Assembly: GCA_937995785.1 (NCBI GenBank)
Contig: CALKJQ010000054.1
Span: 1 to 62,447 of the forward strand
Direction: 5' to 3'
Length of the DNA stretch: 62,447 nucleotides
Origin: Candidatus Kapaibacterium sp.
GTDB taxonomy: Bacteria > Bacteroidota > Ignavibacteria > Kapaibacteriales > UBA2268
Shown here: piece after piece, positions 35,661 through 45,951 of the stretch
Position numbering within the stretch: position 1 is the stretch's first letter
How the letters are laid out: every line of letters begins with the position of its first letter
The notes under the pieces: generated by a model
Told to the model about the DNA's origin: nothing
Database searches by the model: none
What the model saw: only the letters and a program-made list of their open reading frames with translations
Made by a program: the position numbers and the translations under genes

Positions 35661-36905
35661 TTATTTTTTTCGTTGAACCAACTTACCGGGCTTTTTGGCA
35701 GGATAGTTAAACCCTTCGTGGCATTCCGAGCAAACAGGTGTTGCCGAGAAATTATTATTTGGATGGCAACTTGTGCAATCGAACTCATTGTGAGTGTCGT
35801 CGAGCATCAAACCAGTAACTTGATGTTTGAATTTGCCAAGAGTAAAGTTTTGATGGCAAGAAACGCAATTTTTGCTAAGCCCCGTAAATTTACCCGCTGT
35901 TTTGTGGCAAGCATCGCATTTTAGAGCATTATGGTTCCTTCCTAAATCGAATCCCGTTCTCTGAGCGTGATTAAAGCTACCCATAGGTTGATCCATATGG
36001 CATTTGCCGCAATTGTTTTGGTCGTGGCACGACGAGCAGGGGTCGTGATGTTCTTGGAAAGACTTGTGTGTTTTCTTATGTTTCAAATTGCTATTTTTCA
36101 GTTCTTTATTCAAAGCACTATGACAATTAACGCAATTATCATTACCATGGCAAGATTTGCAAGATATTCCGTATAGATGTGTGTGTTCGTAGTGATGGAA
36201 TGTAACCTTTTTGCCTTGTTCGTATTTAGTTTCGTAAACAACTCTGTTTGGCTCAACAAGTTTTGGATGCTCTTTCGATTGATATTTGTCGATTTTTGCT
36301 TGCCTAATTTTATTAATATCTTCGCCTTTTTTAACGTGACATTCCTGACAATCAGTTTTTCCAGTCCATTGGCGATGGCAATTCAAGCATTGTCGGTGGT
36401 AAGCGGCTTCCAAATCCGGAATTCGTTTGTCGTCGCGAACTCTTGTTTCGCTATGGCAAGAGCGACATTTTAGAACTGGGCCTGTTGTGTTGTAGTGGTG
36501 GCAAGTTTCGCATCCACCCGCCATTTCGGACATTTGAGCATGAATTTTGTGGGAGAAAGAAACTTCCCCAAATTCGCCTTTCACTTCGTCCATATGCACC
36601 AAAACAGGTCCCTCGTCGGCAGAATGAAAAACAGTTATTAATTCTTTCCTCGGGCACATTTTAAGACAAGGTTGATTTTTGGTTGGATAGTCGCAATCGT
36701 GGCAAGTTTTGCAATCCAGCGGCATCATTTTGTGATCGTATTTTTTGCTGTCGGGCACTGGTTCGATAGTTTTCAATGATGTTTCGGTTTGCACTTTTAT
36801 TGTTTCGGTAACCTTCTCCTTTTCTTTCTTTCCTTGCTGTGAGTATGCATAAGCAAATAATATCAAAACGCAAACAAATATTGCTGTAAAAAATTTATGT
36901 TTCAT
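35661..36905 (-). CDS. periplasmic multihaem cytochrome c with 13 CXXCH motifs
   Basis: Signal peptide and 13 CXXCH sites: CKTCH, CETCH, CRSCH, CLNCH, CQECH, CKSCH, CVNCH, CSSCH, CGKCH, CDACH, CVSCH, CTSCH, CSECH. The many extra His residues are consistent with bis-His c3-type haems. Confidence 0.9.
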   Translation of the reverse strand: MKHKFFTAIFVCVLILFAYAYSQQGKKEKEKVTETIKVQTETSLKTIEPVPDSKKYDHKMMPLDCKTCHDCDYPTKNQPCLKMCPRKELITVFHSADEGPVLVHMDEVKGEFGEVSFSHKIHAQMSEMAGGCETCHHYNTTGPVLKCRSCHSETRVRDDKRIPDLEAAYHRQCLNCHRQWTGKTDCQECHVKKGEDINKIRQAKIDKYQSKEHPKLVEPNRVVYETKYEQGKKVTFHHYEHTHLYGISCKSCHGNDNCVNCHSALNKELKNSNLKHKKTHKSFQEHHDPCSSCHDQNNCGKCHMDQPMGSFNHAQRTGFDLGRNHNALKCDACHKTAGKFTGLSKNCVSCHQNFTLGKFKHQVTGLMLDDTHNEFDCTSCHPNNNFSATPVCSECHEGFNYPAKKPGKLVQRKK

Positions 36906-36918
36906 TTTCCTTTCCTCC

Positions 36919-38133
36919 TTAGAACTTTAAGTCCGATTCTTTTGGAACACTAATAACGGGGAAGATTATCACTATTGCTCTATAAAGTAGAACCAATAAT
37001 GCAATAAACCCAACGGTAACTGATATTTCACCAAACGAAGGCACATAAGCCTCTGTTGCATAATAAGGTTGATATGCAACAATAAAATTATTGATACGGT
37101 TGATTAAAACTCCAATAACTATCATTGCCGAACCAATAAATAACCATAATGGGGATGTAACTACTTTCTTAAAATTGAACATAATTAGCGGAATAATAAC
37201 TCCAAATATCATTTCGATATAAAAAGCAATCGAAAATTTATTCAAAACTGTTAAATAAACGAATGCTTCGCGGATAAATAAATCGCCTAATTTAAAAGCC
37301 AAATAAATCCCCAACAACAAAGGCACATAGGTTGCAATACGAGTGAGAACAGGCATTTCGGGTTTCATTTTAAATGCATAAGAAGCAATCAAAGATTCGA
37401 AGATTATCATCGGTATTCCAACTGCAATAGCAGAAATATAGAATAATAATGGCAGAATTGGCGTAAACCAAAGTGGATGCATTTTATATCCGGCGATAAC
37501 CATCAATGTTCCTAACGAGGATTGATGCAGAGTTGAGAGAACCACACCAAGTATCAAGAATATAAACATCGCCTTGCCCAATGTGTTTTCGAACACTTTC
37601 ATTAACCATTCTAATAAATTGTTGAATATTTTCAACAAACCTGGCAGATTTACTTTGTTCTTAAATCGTTCCACTACAATTGGCAAGAACTCAATGTAAA
37701 GTACAGTTAAATATGCCATAACGCACATACCAACTTCGAATAGCGGTGAAGTGCCATTCCACATTATTAATGGGTGCCAGATATAATACCAACGACCAAT
37801 ATCTACCATAACTCCAAATGCAACAAATGTGTAGCCAAGCATTGCCGTTAGTAGTGCGGGGCGAATAATTGGTTTCAAATTTGGAATATGGAAAATATGT
37901 CCCATCGCTGCCGAAACAAAACCTCCTGCGGCAAGTGCAACGCCTGCGGCAACGTCCACACCAATCCATAAACCCCAAGGATACTGATTATTCAAATTGG
38001 TAACAGCACCCATTCCATAAAGAAAACGCATTGCCAAAAAAACTAAACCATTTAGGGCAATTAATGCTATGATGATTGTACCGGGCGTAAAGAATTTGTA
38101 TTTTATAGGTTGAGGTAATAAATGCTCACTCAT
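36919..38133 (-). CDS. NrfD/PsrC/HmcC-family integral membrane quinone-interacting subunit
   Basis: 404 aa, about 10 hydrophobic helices, and the YPWGLWIGVDVAAG motif typical of NrfD-like proteins. It overlaps the upstream FeS gene by 8 bp. Confidence 0.85.
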   Translation of the reverse strand: MSEHLLPQPIKYKFFTPGTIIIALIALNGLVFLAMRFLYGMGAVTNLNNQYPWGLWIGVDVAAGVALAAGGFVSAAMGHIFHIPNLKPIIRPALLTAMLGYTFVAFGVMVDIGRWYYIWHPLIMWNGTSPLFEVGMCVMAYLTVLYIEFLPIVVERFKNKVNLPGLLKIFNNLLEWLMKVFENTLGKAMFIFLILGVVLSTLHQSSLGTLMVIAGYKMHPLWFTPILPLLFYISAIAVGIPMIIFESLIASYAFKMKPEMPVLTRIATYVPLLLGIYLAFKLGDLFIREAFVYLTVLNKFSIAFYIEMIFGVIIPLIMFNFKKVVTSPLWLFIGSAMIVIGVLINRINNFIVAYQPYYATEAYVPSFGEISVTVGFIALLVLLYRAIVIIFPVISVPKESDLKF

Positions 38134-39058
38134 TCTCTTTTTCCTCCATTTTCTCGACTTCCTTTAATATTGCTTCTTTTCGTTTAGTTAACCACATAAC
38201 ACCTCCAAGCCACGAAAAAAGTGCTAATGGAGGAATAAAATAGGCAAAAATACCGTGTTGTATTGCCTCGGTTACTCCGGGAGCAGGTTTCACACCTAAT
38301 GGCGGAAACTTTAATTTATCGAACTCGACAGGGGCAAGGTACATCCACGAAGTCCCACCGACAACTTTTTCGCCGAATATTCTATCGATGTATCTGTCGG
38401 GATAACGCTTAATTCGTTCGCGTGCAATTGCTATCAAATCTTCGCGAGGACCATAAACCATAACCTCGACGGGACAACTTTCCACGCATGCTGGTAATTT
38501 GCCCTCCTTGGTTCGGTCGTAACAAAAATCACATTTTGTGATATTTGGTTGAATTGCTTTTTCGTATTCGAATGTTGGAATTTGGAATGGACATGCCACC
38601 ATGCAATAACGGCATCCAATACACATTGAACCATCCCAAGTTACGGCACCTGTTTCGTGTTTGGTAAAAGCTCCCACTATGCAAGCCGATGCACAAGCAG
38701 GTTCGATACAATGCATACATTGATACTTAACATTTAGTGGCAACTTAGCAGAACCTTCTGCTGGAAATTCATTGATAACGCAATACGAAGTATGATCGGG
38801 TCTTCTAAATTCTTTGAAAACTGAGCGGTCGTGGAAATCTTCGATATCCCCTGCGGGAATTCCGTGTGCAGTTTTGCAAGCCCACTCGCAACTGCGACAT
38901 CCAACACAAACTGCTGTATCGACCAACACTCCCATTGCCTGGTCTGATGCTCCTTCTTCGCTTGCTTTGGCAGGCAATATGCTAACGCCAGCTGCAACAG
39001 CAGAACCTACTGTTAATTGTTTTAAAAATGTTCGCCTATTAGTGCTATTCATTTGCAC
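38126..39058 (-). CDS. Tat-exported 4x[4Fe-4S] ferredoxin-type subunit (NrfC/HmcB-like) with C-terminal membrane anchor
   Basis: Twin-arginine signal NRRTFLKQLTVGSAVAAG. Four Cys clusters: CVGCRSCEWAC, CMHCIEPACASAC, CIGCRYCMVACP, CDFC...CVESCP. C-terminal TM helix IFAYFIPPLALFSWLGGVMWL. Confidence 0.88.
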   Translation of the reverse strand: MQMNSTNRRTFLKQLTVGSAVAAGVSILPAKASEEGASDQAMGVLVDTAVCVGCRSCEWACKTAHGIPAGDIEDFHDRSVFKEFRRPDHTSYCVINEFPAEGSAKLPLNVKYQCMHCIEPACASACIVGAFTKHETGAVTWDGSMCIGCRYCMVACPFQIPTFEYEKAIQPNITKCDFCYDRTKEGKLPACVESCPVEVMVYGPREDLIAIARERIKRYPDRYIDRIFGEKVVGGTSWMYLAPVEFDKLKFPPLGVKPAPGVTEAIQHGIFAYFIPPLALFSWLGGVMWLTKRKEAILKEVEKMEEKENE

Positions 39059-39071
39059 CTCGTTTTTATTA

Positions 39072-39079
39072 CAAATCTA
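39072..39079 (-). promoter_or_regulatory. Bacteroidota-type -7 promoter box (TAGATTTG) upstream of the FeS-NrfD-cytochrome operon
   Basis: The plus strand reads CAAATCTA, which is TAGATTTG on the minus strand. It lies 14 nt upstream of ATG 39058, with GAGGTG between them. Confidence 0.4.
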
Positions 39080-39397
39080 ATTAAAATTATTTAGATAACA
39101 ATATAAATGAATAATAATTAATATTTTTACAATAACTAAATATTAAAATAATATATAATTCAATCATTATCAATATAAAAGAAGCTTTTTGGCTGATGTT
39201 TACTCTCGCTACTTTTGATTTTAGTAATAACATAAGTATGAATATTTATTAATATAGTAGCGTTGGCGAAAAATAGTTGAGGTAACAATAGAAATGAATT
39301 TTAATTATCAATAAAAAATAAAACAAACTTCGAAATGGAGAAAACTTAAAGAAAACTTAATTTATTTAAGCAATAGAAGTGACCGCAAAACTTAATA

Positions 39398-41095
39398 TTA
39401 ACTTTGTTTCGCAAAAAGTTTCTTTATTATTTTCACAAATTCAAAGATTGAAATAATAAAGAAAATAAGAAAGGAGAATAATGGTAACCAATCTCCATAT
39501 TTTGAATAGATTGTTACTTCGTCAAGCAGGGGTAACAAAAGGTTGGTACCAGTGGCTGTATATTGAGGAACTTCTTTGAGAGAAATGCCCAAAGGTGAAA
39601 TAAATCCTGTAACTCCCGTATTGGCTGAGCGGGCTATGTATTTCCGATTTTCGATTGCACGAATGCATGCTAAAAGATAATGCTGGCGTGGACCAACAGT
39701 GTGGTCGTACCAGCCATCATTTGTAATTACGGTAAATATATTTGCATTTGCCCCTACAAAATCCCGGACAAAATTGGGATAAATGGATTCGATACAAATT
39801 ATGTTGCCAATTCTCACGGACAAATTTTTGATATTGGTTTCGAGTATGTCGGCTCCTTCGCCTATATTCCAACTCGAGATACCAACGCTCCACAAGGCGA
39901 ACTTGGATAGTAAGGGAAATGCCTCTTGAAATGGAATTTGCTCGCCAAAGGGGGTGAGTTTGGATTTGCAGTACGACTTCACTTTATCGCCAGGGCGATA
40001 ATTAAAATTGGGTGAAATCAGTATTGATGAGTTAAATGTTTTGTAGAACTGCTGCGGATCGGAGGATAGTTGCTTGGAAGTTGGTGGAGGAATTTCGTTC
40101 TTGGGAATAAAATAAAACTCGCTAAAACCAGTTAGAATTGAGACATTTCGTTGGTTGCACCAATTTTGGAGAACCGAGATATCTTGCAATGTATTAAACT
40201 CGTTATATAGCATAGGTATAGCAGTTTCGGGGAAAACAAAGAGATTAATCCTGGGGTCTGTCGCTAGCATTGAATCCGAAGTTTTCAATAATATTTCAAG
40301 TTGGTGAACTGCAGATGCTTCCCATTTTTTCCACGGGTTGATGTTTGGCTGTATGACAGCAATATTGATATTTTTGTTTTTGAGTAAATTCGATTGGTAA
40401 TCATATTTTTGTAATGCAAAAAAACTATAGAAAAAGGGTAAAATAAATAATAATGAAACAAGAATGATGTAAAATGGTGCTTTACGGGATTGAAGAATAA
40501 ATTGATGAATTTGTTTTGTGCCACTTTCGATATAATCCGATAAAAGCAAAACAGTAAAAATATTAATGTATAAAATGATAAAACTCGCACCCCAGATACC
40601 GGTGATATCGATAAATTGAATCCAATATAGGTTCAGAATTTGAGTATTACCTAATGTTAGCCAAGGAAAGCCAATATCCCCAAGACTATGCATCCACTCG
40701 AACCATACAAAAATTAATGGAAAAATCAGCAATGATCTGGTTTTGCCAATCTTGGCTGCCAGCCAAAAATAAAACAGAAATGGAAAAAAGAAGAAAAAAG
40801 GATGTAGAAAGTCCAGAGCCAACCCCGAAATAAGAAGAAAAATATCTGTATCGCGGCTCCAACTACTAATCCACCACAAACTTCCTGTATGATAAACAAA
40901 AAAAGTTACATAAATAATTACATATCGGTGTGTTATCGACAAATCATACCTGTGCAGAATATAAAGTAGCGGCACTAACCCAACAAATGCCAAGAATGGT
41001 AAAGGGTTTGGTGGGAAAGATAAAGCGAGCAATACACCCGAAATTGTGGCAAAAAATAGCTTCGTGGATAACTTGCTTAAATCCATTTTTATCAA
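39398..41095 (-). CDS. lnt: apolipoprotein N-acyltransferase
   Basis: Polytopic N-terminal membrane domain plus a C-terminal CN-hydrolase domain with FPETA (Glu) and NIICIESIYP (Cys) contexts. The 565-aa length fits. Confidence 0.88.
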   Translation of the reverse strand: MIKMDLSKLSTKLFFATISGVLLALSFPPNPLPFLAFVGLVPLLYILHRYDLSITHRYVIIYVTFFVYHTGSLWWISSWSRDTDIFLLISGLALDFLHPFFFFFPFLFYFWLAAKIGKTRSLLIFPLIFVWFEWMHSLGDIGFPWLTLGNTQILNLYWIQFIDITGIWGASFIILYINIFTVLLLSDYIESGTKQIHQFILQSRKAPFYIILVSLLFILPFFYSFFALQKYDYQSNLLKNKNINIAVIQPNINPWKKWEASAVHQLEILLKTSDSMLATDPRINLFVFPETAIPMLYNEFNTLQDISVLQNWCNQRNVSILTGFSEFYFIPKNEIPPPTSKQLSSDPQQFYKTFNSSILISPNFNYRPGDKVKSYCKSKLTPFGEQIPFQEAFPLLSKFALWSVGISSWNIGEGADILETNIKNLSVRIGNIICIESIYPNFVRDFVGANANIFTVITNDGWYDHTVGPRQHYLLACIRAIENRKYIARSANTGVTGFISPLGISLKEVPQYTATGTNLLLPLLDEVTIYSKYGDWLPLFSFLIFFIISIFEFVKIIKKLFAKQS

Positions 41096-41219
41096 TTTTA
41101 TTAATTTGGAAACAACGATAATTTAAAATTACAAAGTTTGAATGATAAAACAGAGAACAAATAGTAAAGAATAAAAATGAATGAAAAACGTCAATTAATT
41201 TAATTTAAATAGGAAAAAA

Positions 41220-43760
41220 ATGGAAGATAAATATTCAGATAGATTAAATGAAGTTCTAAGATATTCCAAGGAAGAAGCTAATAGGTTGGGAAATCCAACA
41301 ATTAATACACAGCACCTAATAATAGGAATTATTCGAGCAGGGGACAGCTTAGCAGTCCGTATTTTGGATAGACTGGGAATTAATTCCAATGATTTATTAC
41401 AGGAAATCCAAAAAGATTTGCAATATGGTGAACCCAGCGAGTTGGATAAATCTTTGCCATTGAGCACGGATGCCCGTAAAGCATTGACTTTGGCATCGTT
41501 CGAAGCTAAATTGTATAAATCGAACATAATCGGTACCGAACACTTACTTTTGTCTTTATTGCGCGAAACTTACGAAAGTACGGAACGTATTTTTAAAACA
41601 TTCAATATAGACTATGAACAAGCAAGCAAGGCATTGGATTTGATTTTGATGGGCTCTTACGATACTCCCGAATCATTTGAAAAGCAAGACCCACCGAAAA
41701 TTCCACCTATCCGTCAGCAAACAGAAAAAATCAAAACACCCGTGCTCGACAATTTTGGACGCGATTTAACTAAATTAGCCTTTGAAAACAAATTAGACCC
41801 CGTGGTTGGTCGTCAGAAGGAGATTGAAAGATTAAGCCAGGTGTTAGCCCGACGGAAAAAGAATAATCCGGTACTTATAGGCGAGCCAGGCGTTGGCAAA
41901 ACAGCAATAGTCGAAGGCTTAGCGTTGAGAATAGTCCAGAAGAAAGTTTCACGAGTCTTGTTGGATAAGCGAATCGTCCAACTCGATTTGGCTGCATTAG
42001 TTGCGGGGACTAAGTATCGAGGACAATTCGAAGAAAGAATGAAAGCACTGCTCACAGAATTGGAAAAAGCCCGACACGTGATTGTTTTTATAGACGAATT
42101 ACATACAATCGTTGGAGCAGGAGGCGCTTCGGGTTCGCTCGATGCATCCAATATGTTCAAACCAGCATTGGCACGCGGCGAAATTCAAGTGATTGGGGCT
42201 ACAACATTAGACGAATATCGTCAATTTATCGAAAAAGATGGGGCGTTGGAGCGTCGTTTCCAAAAAATACTGGTAGAACCTCCAACTCCCGAAGAGACGC
42301 TAATAATTCTAAAGAATATTAAGGATAACTACGAAATTCACCATAATGTAGCATACACCAACGAAGCGTTGGAGTCGTGCGTTAAATTAGCAGAAAGATA
42401 TATCACCGACAGAATGTTCCCCGACAAAGCAATAGACGTCCTCGACGAGTCGGGCTCGAGAGTGCATTTAGCAAATATCGACGTGCCGCAGGAAATAACC
42501 AATTACGAAAAGAAAATTACAGAATTAAAGAAACAAAAGACCGAAGTAGTTCGCCAACAAAACTTCGAAGAAGCCGCAAGATTAAGAGATTTGGAAAAAA
42601 GATATCAAACCGATTTGGAAATTGCAATTGCAGAATGGGAAAAAGCATTATCCAAGAAATCTTTCCCTGTTTACGAAACCGATATTGCAGATGTTGTTTC
42701 GATGATGACGGGCATTCCAATGAACCGCATTGCTCAAACCGAGAAGAACAAACTATTGAATATGGAGGAAGATTTAAGGAAAATGGTTGTAGGTCAGGAC
42801 GATGCAATAGAGGCATTAGCAAAGGCAATCCGACGGGCACGTTCGGGATTAAAGGACAGCAAAAGACCAATCGGTTCGTTTATGTTCTTGGGTCCAACTG
42901 GAGTTGGAAAAACAGAATTGGCTAAGGCTCTGGCTCGGGTTATGTTCGATAGCGAAGAGGCATTAATCCGAATTGATATGAGTGAGTATATGGAGAAATT
43001 TTCAGTTTCCCGATTAGTGGGAGCACCTCCCGGCTATGTGGGTTACGAAGAGGGCGGTCAGCTAACCGAAAAAGTTCGTCGCAAACCTTATTCAATAGTT
43101 TTATTGGACGAAATCGAAAAAGCGCATCCCGATGTGTTTAACATATTATTGCAAGTGTTCGACGACGGTATTTTAACCGATGGATTAGGTCGCAAAGTTG
43201 ACTTTAAGAATACTATTATAATAATGACGTCCAATGTTGGAACACGAGACATTAAGCAAGGCGGAAAGATTGGTTTTAATATATCATCCGAAACAACAGA
43301 CTTCGAAAATATGAAGAATACAATCGACGAATCTGTTAAAAGATTGTTCAATCCCGAGTTTATCAACCGAGTTGATGATATGATTATTTTCCACAAATTG
43401 ACCAAAGAAAGTATTTACAAGATAATAGATATTCAACTGTCCGATATGATAAAAAGATTATCTGCTAATCATCAAGAATTAGTTTTAACAGATAAAGCAA
43501 AAACATTTCTTGTTGATAAAGGATTTGACGAAAAATACGGAGCCCGCCCATTGAAGCGTGCCTTACAAAAGTATATCGAGGACGAATTAGCGGATTCTAT
43601 TATTCGTGGTTTGTTTCCCCAAGGATATATTGCAACGGGCGATTTGGACAACGATGGAACAAAAATTATATTTACCTTCGAGAAAAATCCGAATCCCGAA
43701 CCTATAGTAATCACCGACGATGGTGAACAACATATTGTTAATGAATTTAACCAAAACTAA
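41220..43760 (+). CDS. clpC: ATP-dependent Clp protease ATP-binding subunit ClpC (class I AAA+ chaperone)
   Basis: Clp_N repeats, Walker A1 GEPGVGKTAIVEG, Walker A2 GPTGVGKTELAKAL, and a UVR-type linker QQNFEEAARLRDLEKRY. Confidence 0.92.
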   Translation: MEDKYSDRLNEVLRYSKEEANRLGNPTINTQHLIIGIIRAGDSLAVRILDRLGINSNDLLQEIQKDLQYGEPSELDKSLPLSTDARKALTLASFEAKLYKSNIIGTEHLLLSLLRETYESTERIFKTFNIDYEQASKALDLILMGSYDTPESFEKQDPPKIPPIRQQTEKIKTPVLDNFGRDLTKLAFENKLDPVVGRQKEIERLSQVLARRKKNNPVLIGEPGVGKTAIVEGLALRIVQKKVSRVLLDKRIVQLDLAALVAGTKYRGQFEERMKALLTELEKARHVIVFIDELHTIVGAGGASGSLDASNMFKPALARGEIQVIGATTLDEYRQFIEKDGALERRFQKILVEPPTPEETLIILKNIKDNYEIHHNVAYTNEALESCVKLAERYITDRMFPDKAIDVLDESGSRVHLANIDVPQEITNYEKKITELKKQKTEVVRQQNFEEAARLRDLEKRYQTDLEIAIAEWEKALSKKSFPVYETDIADVVSMMTGIPMNRIAQTEKNKLLNMEEDLRKMVVGQDDAIEALAKAIRRARSGLKDSKRPIGSFMFLGPTGVGKTELAKALARVMFDSEEALIRIDMSEYMEKFSVSRLVGAPPGYVGYEEGGQLTEKVRRKPYSIVLLDEIEKAHPDVFNILLQVFDDGILTDGLGRKVDFKNTIIIMTSNVGTRDIKQGGKIGFNISSETTDFENMKNTIDESVKRLFNPEFINRVDDMIIFHKLTKESIYKIIDIQLSDMIKRLSANHQELVLTDKAKTFLVDKGFDEKYGARPLKRALQKYIEDELADSIIRGLFPQGYIATGDLDNDGTKIIFTFEKNPNPEPIVITDDGEQHIVNEFNQN

Positions 43761-43769
43761 ATATAAAAA

Positions 43770-44960
43770 ATGAAAATTGAAATTACACCCAAAGTAAATT
43801 GGGTTGGCAAAATTGATTACGAATTGCGTAATTTCCATGGCGACCAAATTACAACTCAGCATGGAAGCAGCTATAATTCTTACTTAATCCAAGACGAAAA
43901 GAATGTTCTCATCGATGCAGTTTACACTCCATTTGCAGAAGAGTTTATTGCCAATTTGAAAAAAGTTATTGATTTGCAAAAAATCGATTTCATAGTTGTT
44001 AATCATAGCGAGCCCGACCATAGCGGAGCTATTGCAAAGTTGATGGAAATTATACCTGATACTCCAATTTATTGCACTGCAACTGGAGCTAAAGCATTAA
44101 AAGGGCAATATCACAAAAATTGGAATTTTGTAACTGTTAAGAATGGTGATATTTTATCGACCGGAGGCGACGAGCTTATGTTTATCGAAGCTCCTATGAT
44201 GCATTGGCCCGACACTATGATGTGTTACCTAAAAAACGAAGGAATTCTGTTTTCCAATGACGTTTTTGGTCAGCACTTTGCCGAAGCATCTATGTTCGAC
44301 GATTTAGTTAACGAGTGCGAGTTAATGTTCGAAACCGAAAAGTATTTTGCTAACATAATTTCTCCTTTTTCGAAGAAAGCTGCTAAGAAATTAGCAGAAA
44401 TCGAACAAATGAATCTCGAACTCAAAATGATTTGTCCTGCCCATGGGGTGATATGGCGAAAAAATATAGAAAAGATTCTCGAATTATACAAAAAGTGGAC
44501 TAATTTAGAATTGGAAAATCAAATAACAATAGTTTACGACACAATGTATGGAAGTACTCGTAAAATTGCTGAAGCCATAACGCGAGGTATAGCTCAAGCA
44601 GGTAATGGAGTTAAATTCGTAATCCATAATGTTTCCAAGTCGGACGGAAGCGACATAATTACCGATGTTTTTCGTTCCAAAGGAGTTATTGTAGGGTCTT
44701 CTGCTATTAATAATGGTATATTAAACTCAATTGCGGGTATTATGGAAGAAATAACGAATTTGGATACGACCAACAAAAAAGCCGCAGCTTTTGGTTCTTA
44801 TGGCTGGAGTCCGAAAGCAATAGATGGAATTGGAGAAAGACTAAAAAATTCCGGATACATTGTTGAATTACCTGTTTTCAAAGTTCAATGGGCACCCGAC
44901 GAAGAACAATTGAACAAAGCCGAATCCTTTGGACGTGAATTTGCACTATCACTATTGTAG
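43770..44960 (+). CDS. flavodiiron protein (FprA / rubredoxin:oxygen oxidoreductase type; O2/NO reductase)
   Basis: Metallo-beta-lactamase-like domain with VVNHSEPDHSG di-iron ligands, followed by a flavodoxin-like domain (ITIVYDTMYGSTRKIAEAI). The 396-aa length fits. Confidence 0.9.
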   Translation: MKIEITPKVNWVGKIDYELRNFHGDQITTQHGSSYNSYLIQDEKNVLIDAVYTPFAEEFIANLKKVIDLQKIDFIVVNHSEPDHSGAIAKLMEIIPDTPIYCTATGAKALKGQYHKNWNFVTVKNGDILSTGGDELMFIEAPMMHWPDTMMCYLKNEGILFSNDVFGQHFAEASMFDDLVNECELMFETEKYFANIISPFSKKAAKKLAEIEQMNLELKMICPAHGVIWRKNIEKILELYKKWTNLELENQITIVYDTMYGSTRKIAEAITRGIAQAGNGVKFVIHNVSKSDGSDIITDVFRSKGVIVGSSAINNGILNSIAGIMEEITNLDTTNKKAAAFGSYGWSPKAIDGIGERLKNSGYIVELPVFKVQWAPDEEQLNKAESFGREFALSLL

Positions 44961-44967
44961 ATAAGAA

Positions 44968-45945
44968 ATGTCGAGTATTTTAATAAAAGAATATACCCCC
45001 GACAAGCGCGAATTATGGGACAATTTTGTGGATTTATCGAACAATGGAACAATGTTCCATAAAATCCGATTCTTAGATTATCATCCCCAAGGGCGCTTTC
45101 AATTCTACAATTTAATGTTTTATAAGGACACCGAGCTAATTGCGTTACTTCCGGGTGGATTGAAGGAAAATGGAAAAGTCTTTTGGTCGCCTGTAGGCGC
45201 AAGCTATGGTTCGTTTGTAACCGGGGATATATCATTTTCGCTTGCGTTAGAGATAGTGGATTCATTTATGGATTACTGTCGAGAAAAAGGAATAAAAGAA
45301 GCATTTTTAATCCCACCTCCCTTGGTTTATTCGATAAATACATCCCAGCATTTGGAATATGCTATGCTATATCGTAAGTTCGATTTTGAGTTGCATTATA
45401 TTTCCCATGCAATCGATTTAAAATTCGGAAATGATTTTCTTTCGCATTTCGATAAAACAGCTCGCAAAACCTTGCATAAAATTCTGAGGGAAAACAAAAT
45501 CAGGATTGAAGAAAGCGAGGATTATGAAACATTTAATCGAATATTATTGGCAAATAAAGCCAAGCATAATGCCAAACCTACTCATTCGTTGGAAGATATG
45601 TTGAGGTTAAAAGAATTGCTGCCCGAGAATCTTCGACTCTATTTGGTTTATTATGGCGATGAACCTATTGCGGGTTCTCTACTATTCTTGACCAACAAAA
45701 AAGTAGTCTTATGTTTCTATAATATGTTGCTTTACGAGTATGAACACCTTAAACCAGTTTACTTGATTATGTACGAGACTGTTCGCTGGGCTGTCGAAAA
45801 TGGTTACGAATGGGTGGATATTGGAGTATCGCAAGACACACAAGCCGACGACCCAATGACTCCCTCGCTTAATTTGATCTACTTCAAAGAACGATTTAAT
45901 GCAAGAGGTATATTACGAAGCACTTTTCATTACAAATTTCAATAA
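44968..45945 (+). CDS. FemAB-like / GNAT-fold acyltransferase (Acetyltransf_6-like)
   Basis: The N-terminal WDNFV...GTMFH pattern and the two-lobed organisation are typical of FemAB/BioF2-like transferases. This call rests on recognition only. Confidence 0.5.
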   Translation: MSSILIKEYTPDKRELWDNFVDLSNNGTMFHKIRFLDYHPQGRFQFYNLMFYKDTELIALLPGGLKENGKVFWSPVGASYGSFVTGDISFSLALEIVDSFMDYCREKGIKEAFLIPPPLVYSINTSQHLEYAMLYRKFDFELHYISHAIDLKFGNDFLSHFDKTARKTLHKILRENKIRIEESEDYETFNRILLANKAKHNAKPTHSLEDMLRLKELLPENLRLYLVYYGDEPIAGSLLFLTNKKVVLCFYNMLLYEYEHLKPVYLIMYETVRWAVENGYEWVDIGVSQDTQADDPMTPSLNLIYFKERFNARGILRSTFHYKFQ

Positions 45946-45951
45946 TAATAA

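Noticed and set aside
39059-39397. Possible Fur box upstream of the cytochrome operon (AATCATTATC at 39162-39171), with similar ATTATC hexamers upstream of the porin-feo operon and ferritin
   Set aside because: Only about half of the 19-bp Fur consensus matches. The site lies ~85 bp upstream of the predicted -7 box, and such words are expected in AT-rich DNA. FCB-group Fur motifs may also differ.
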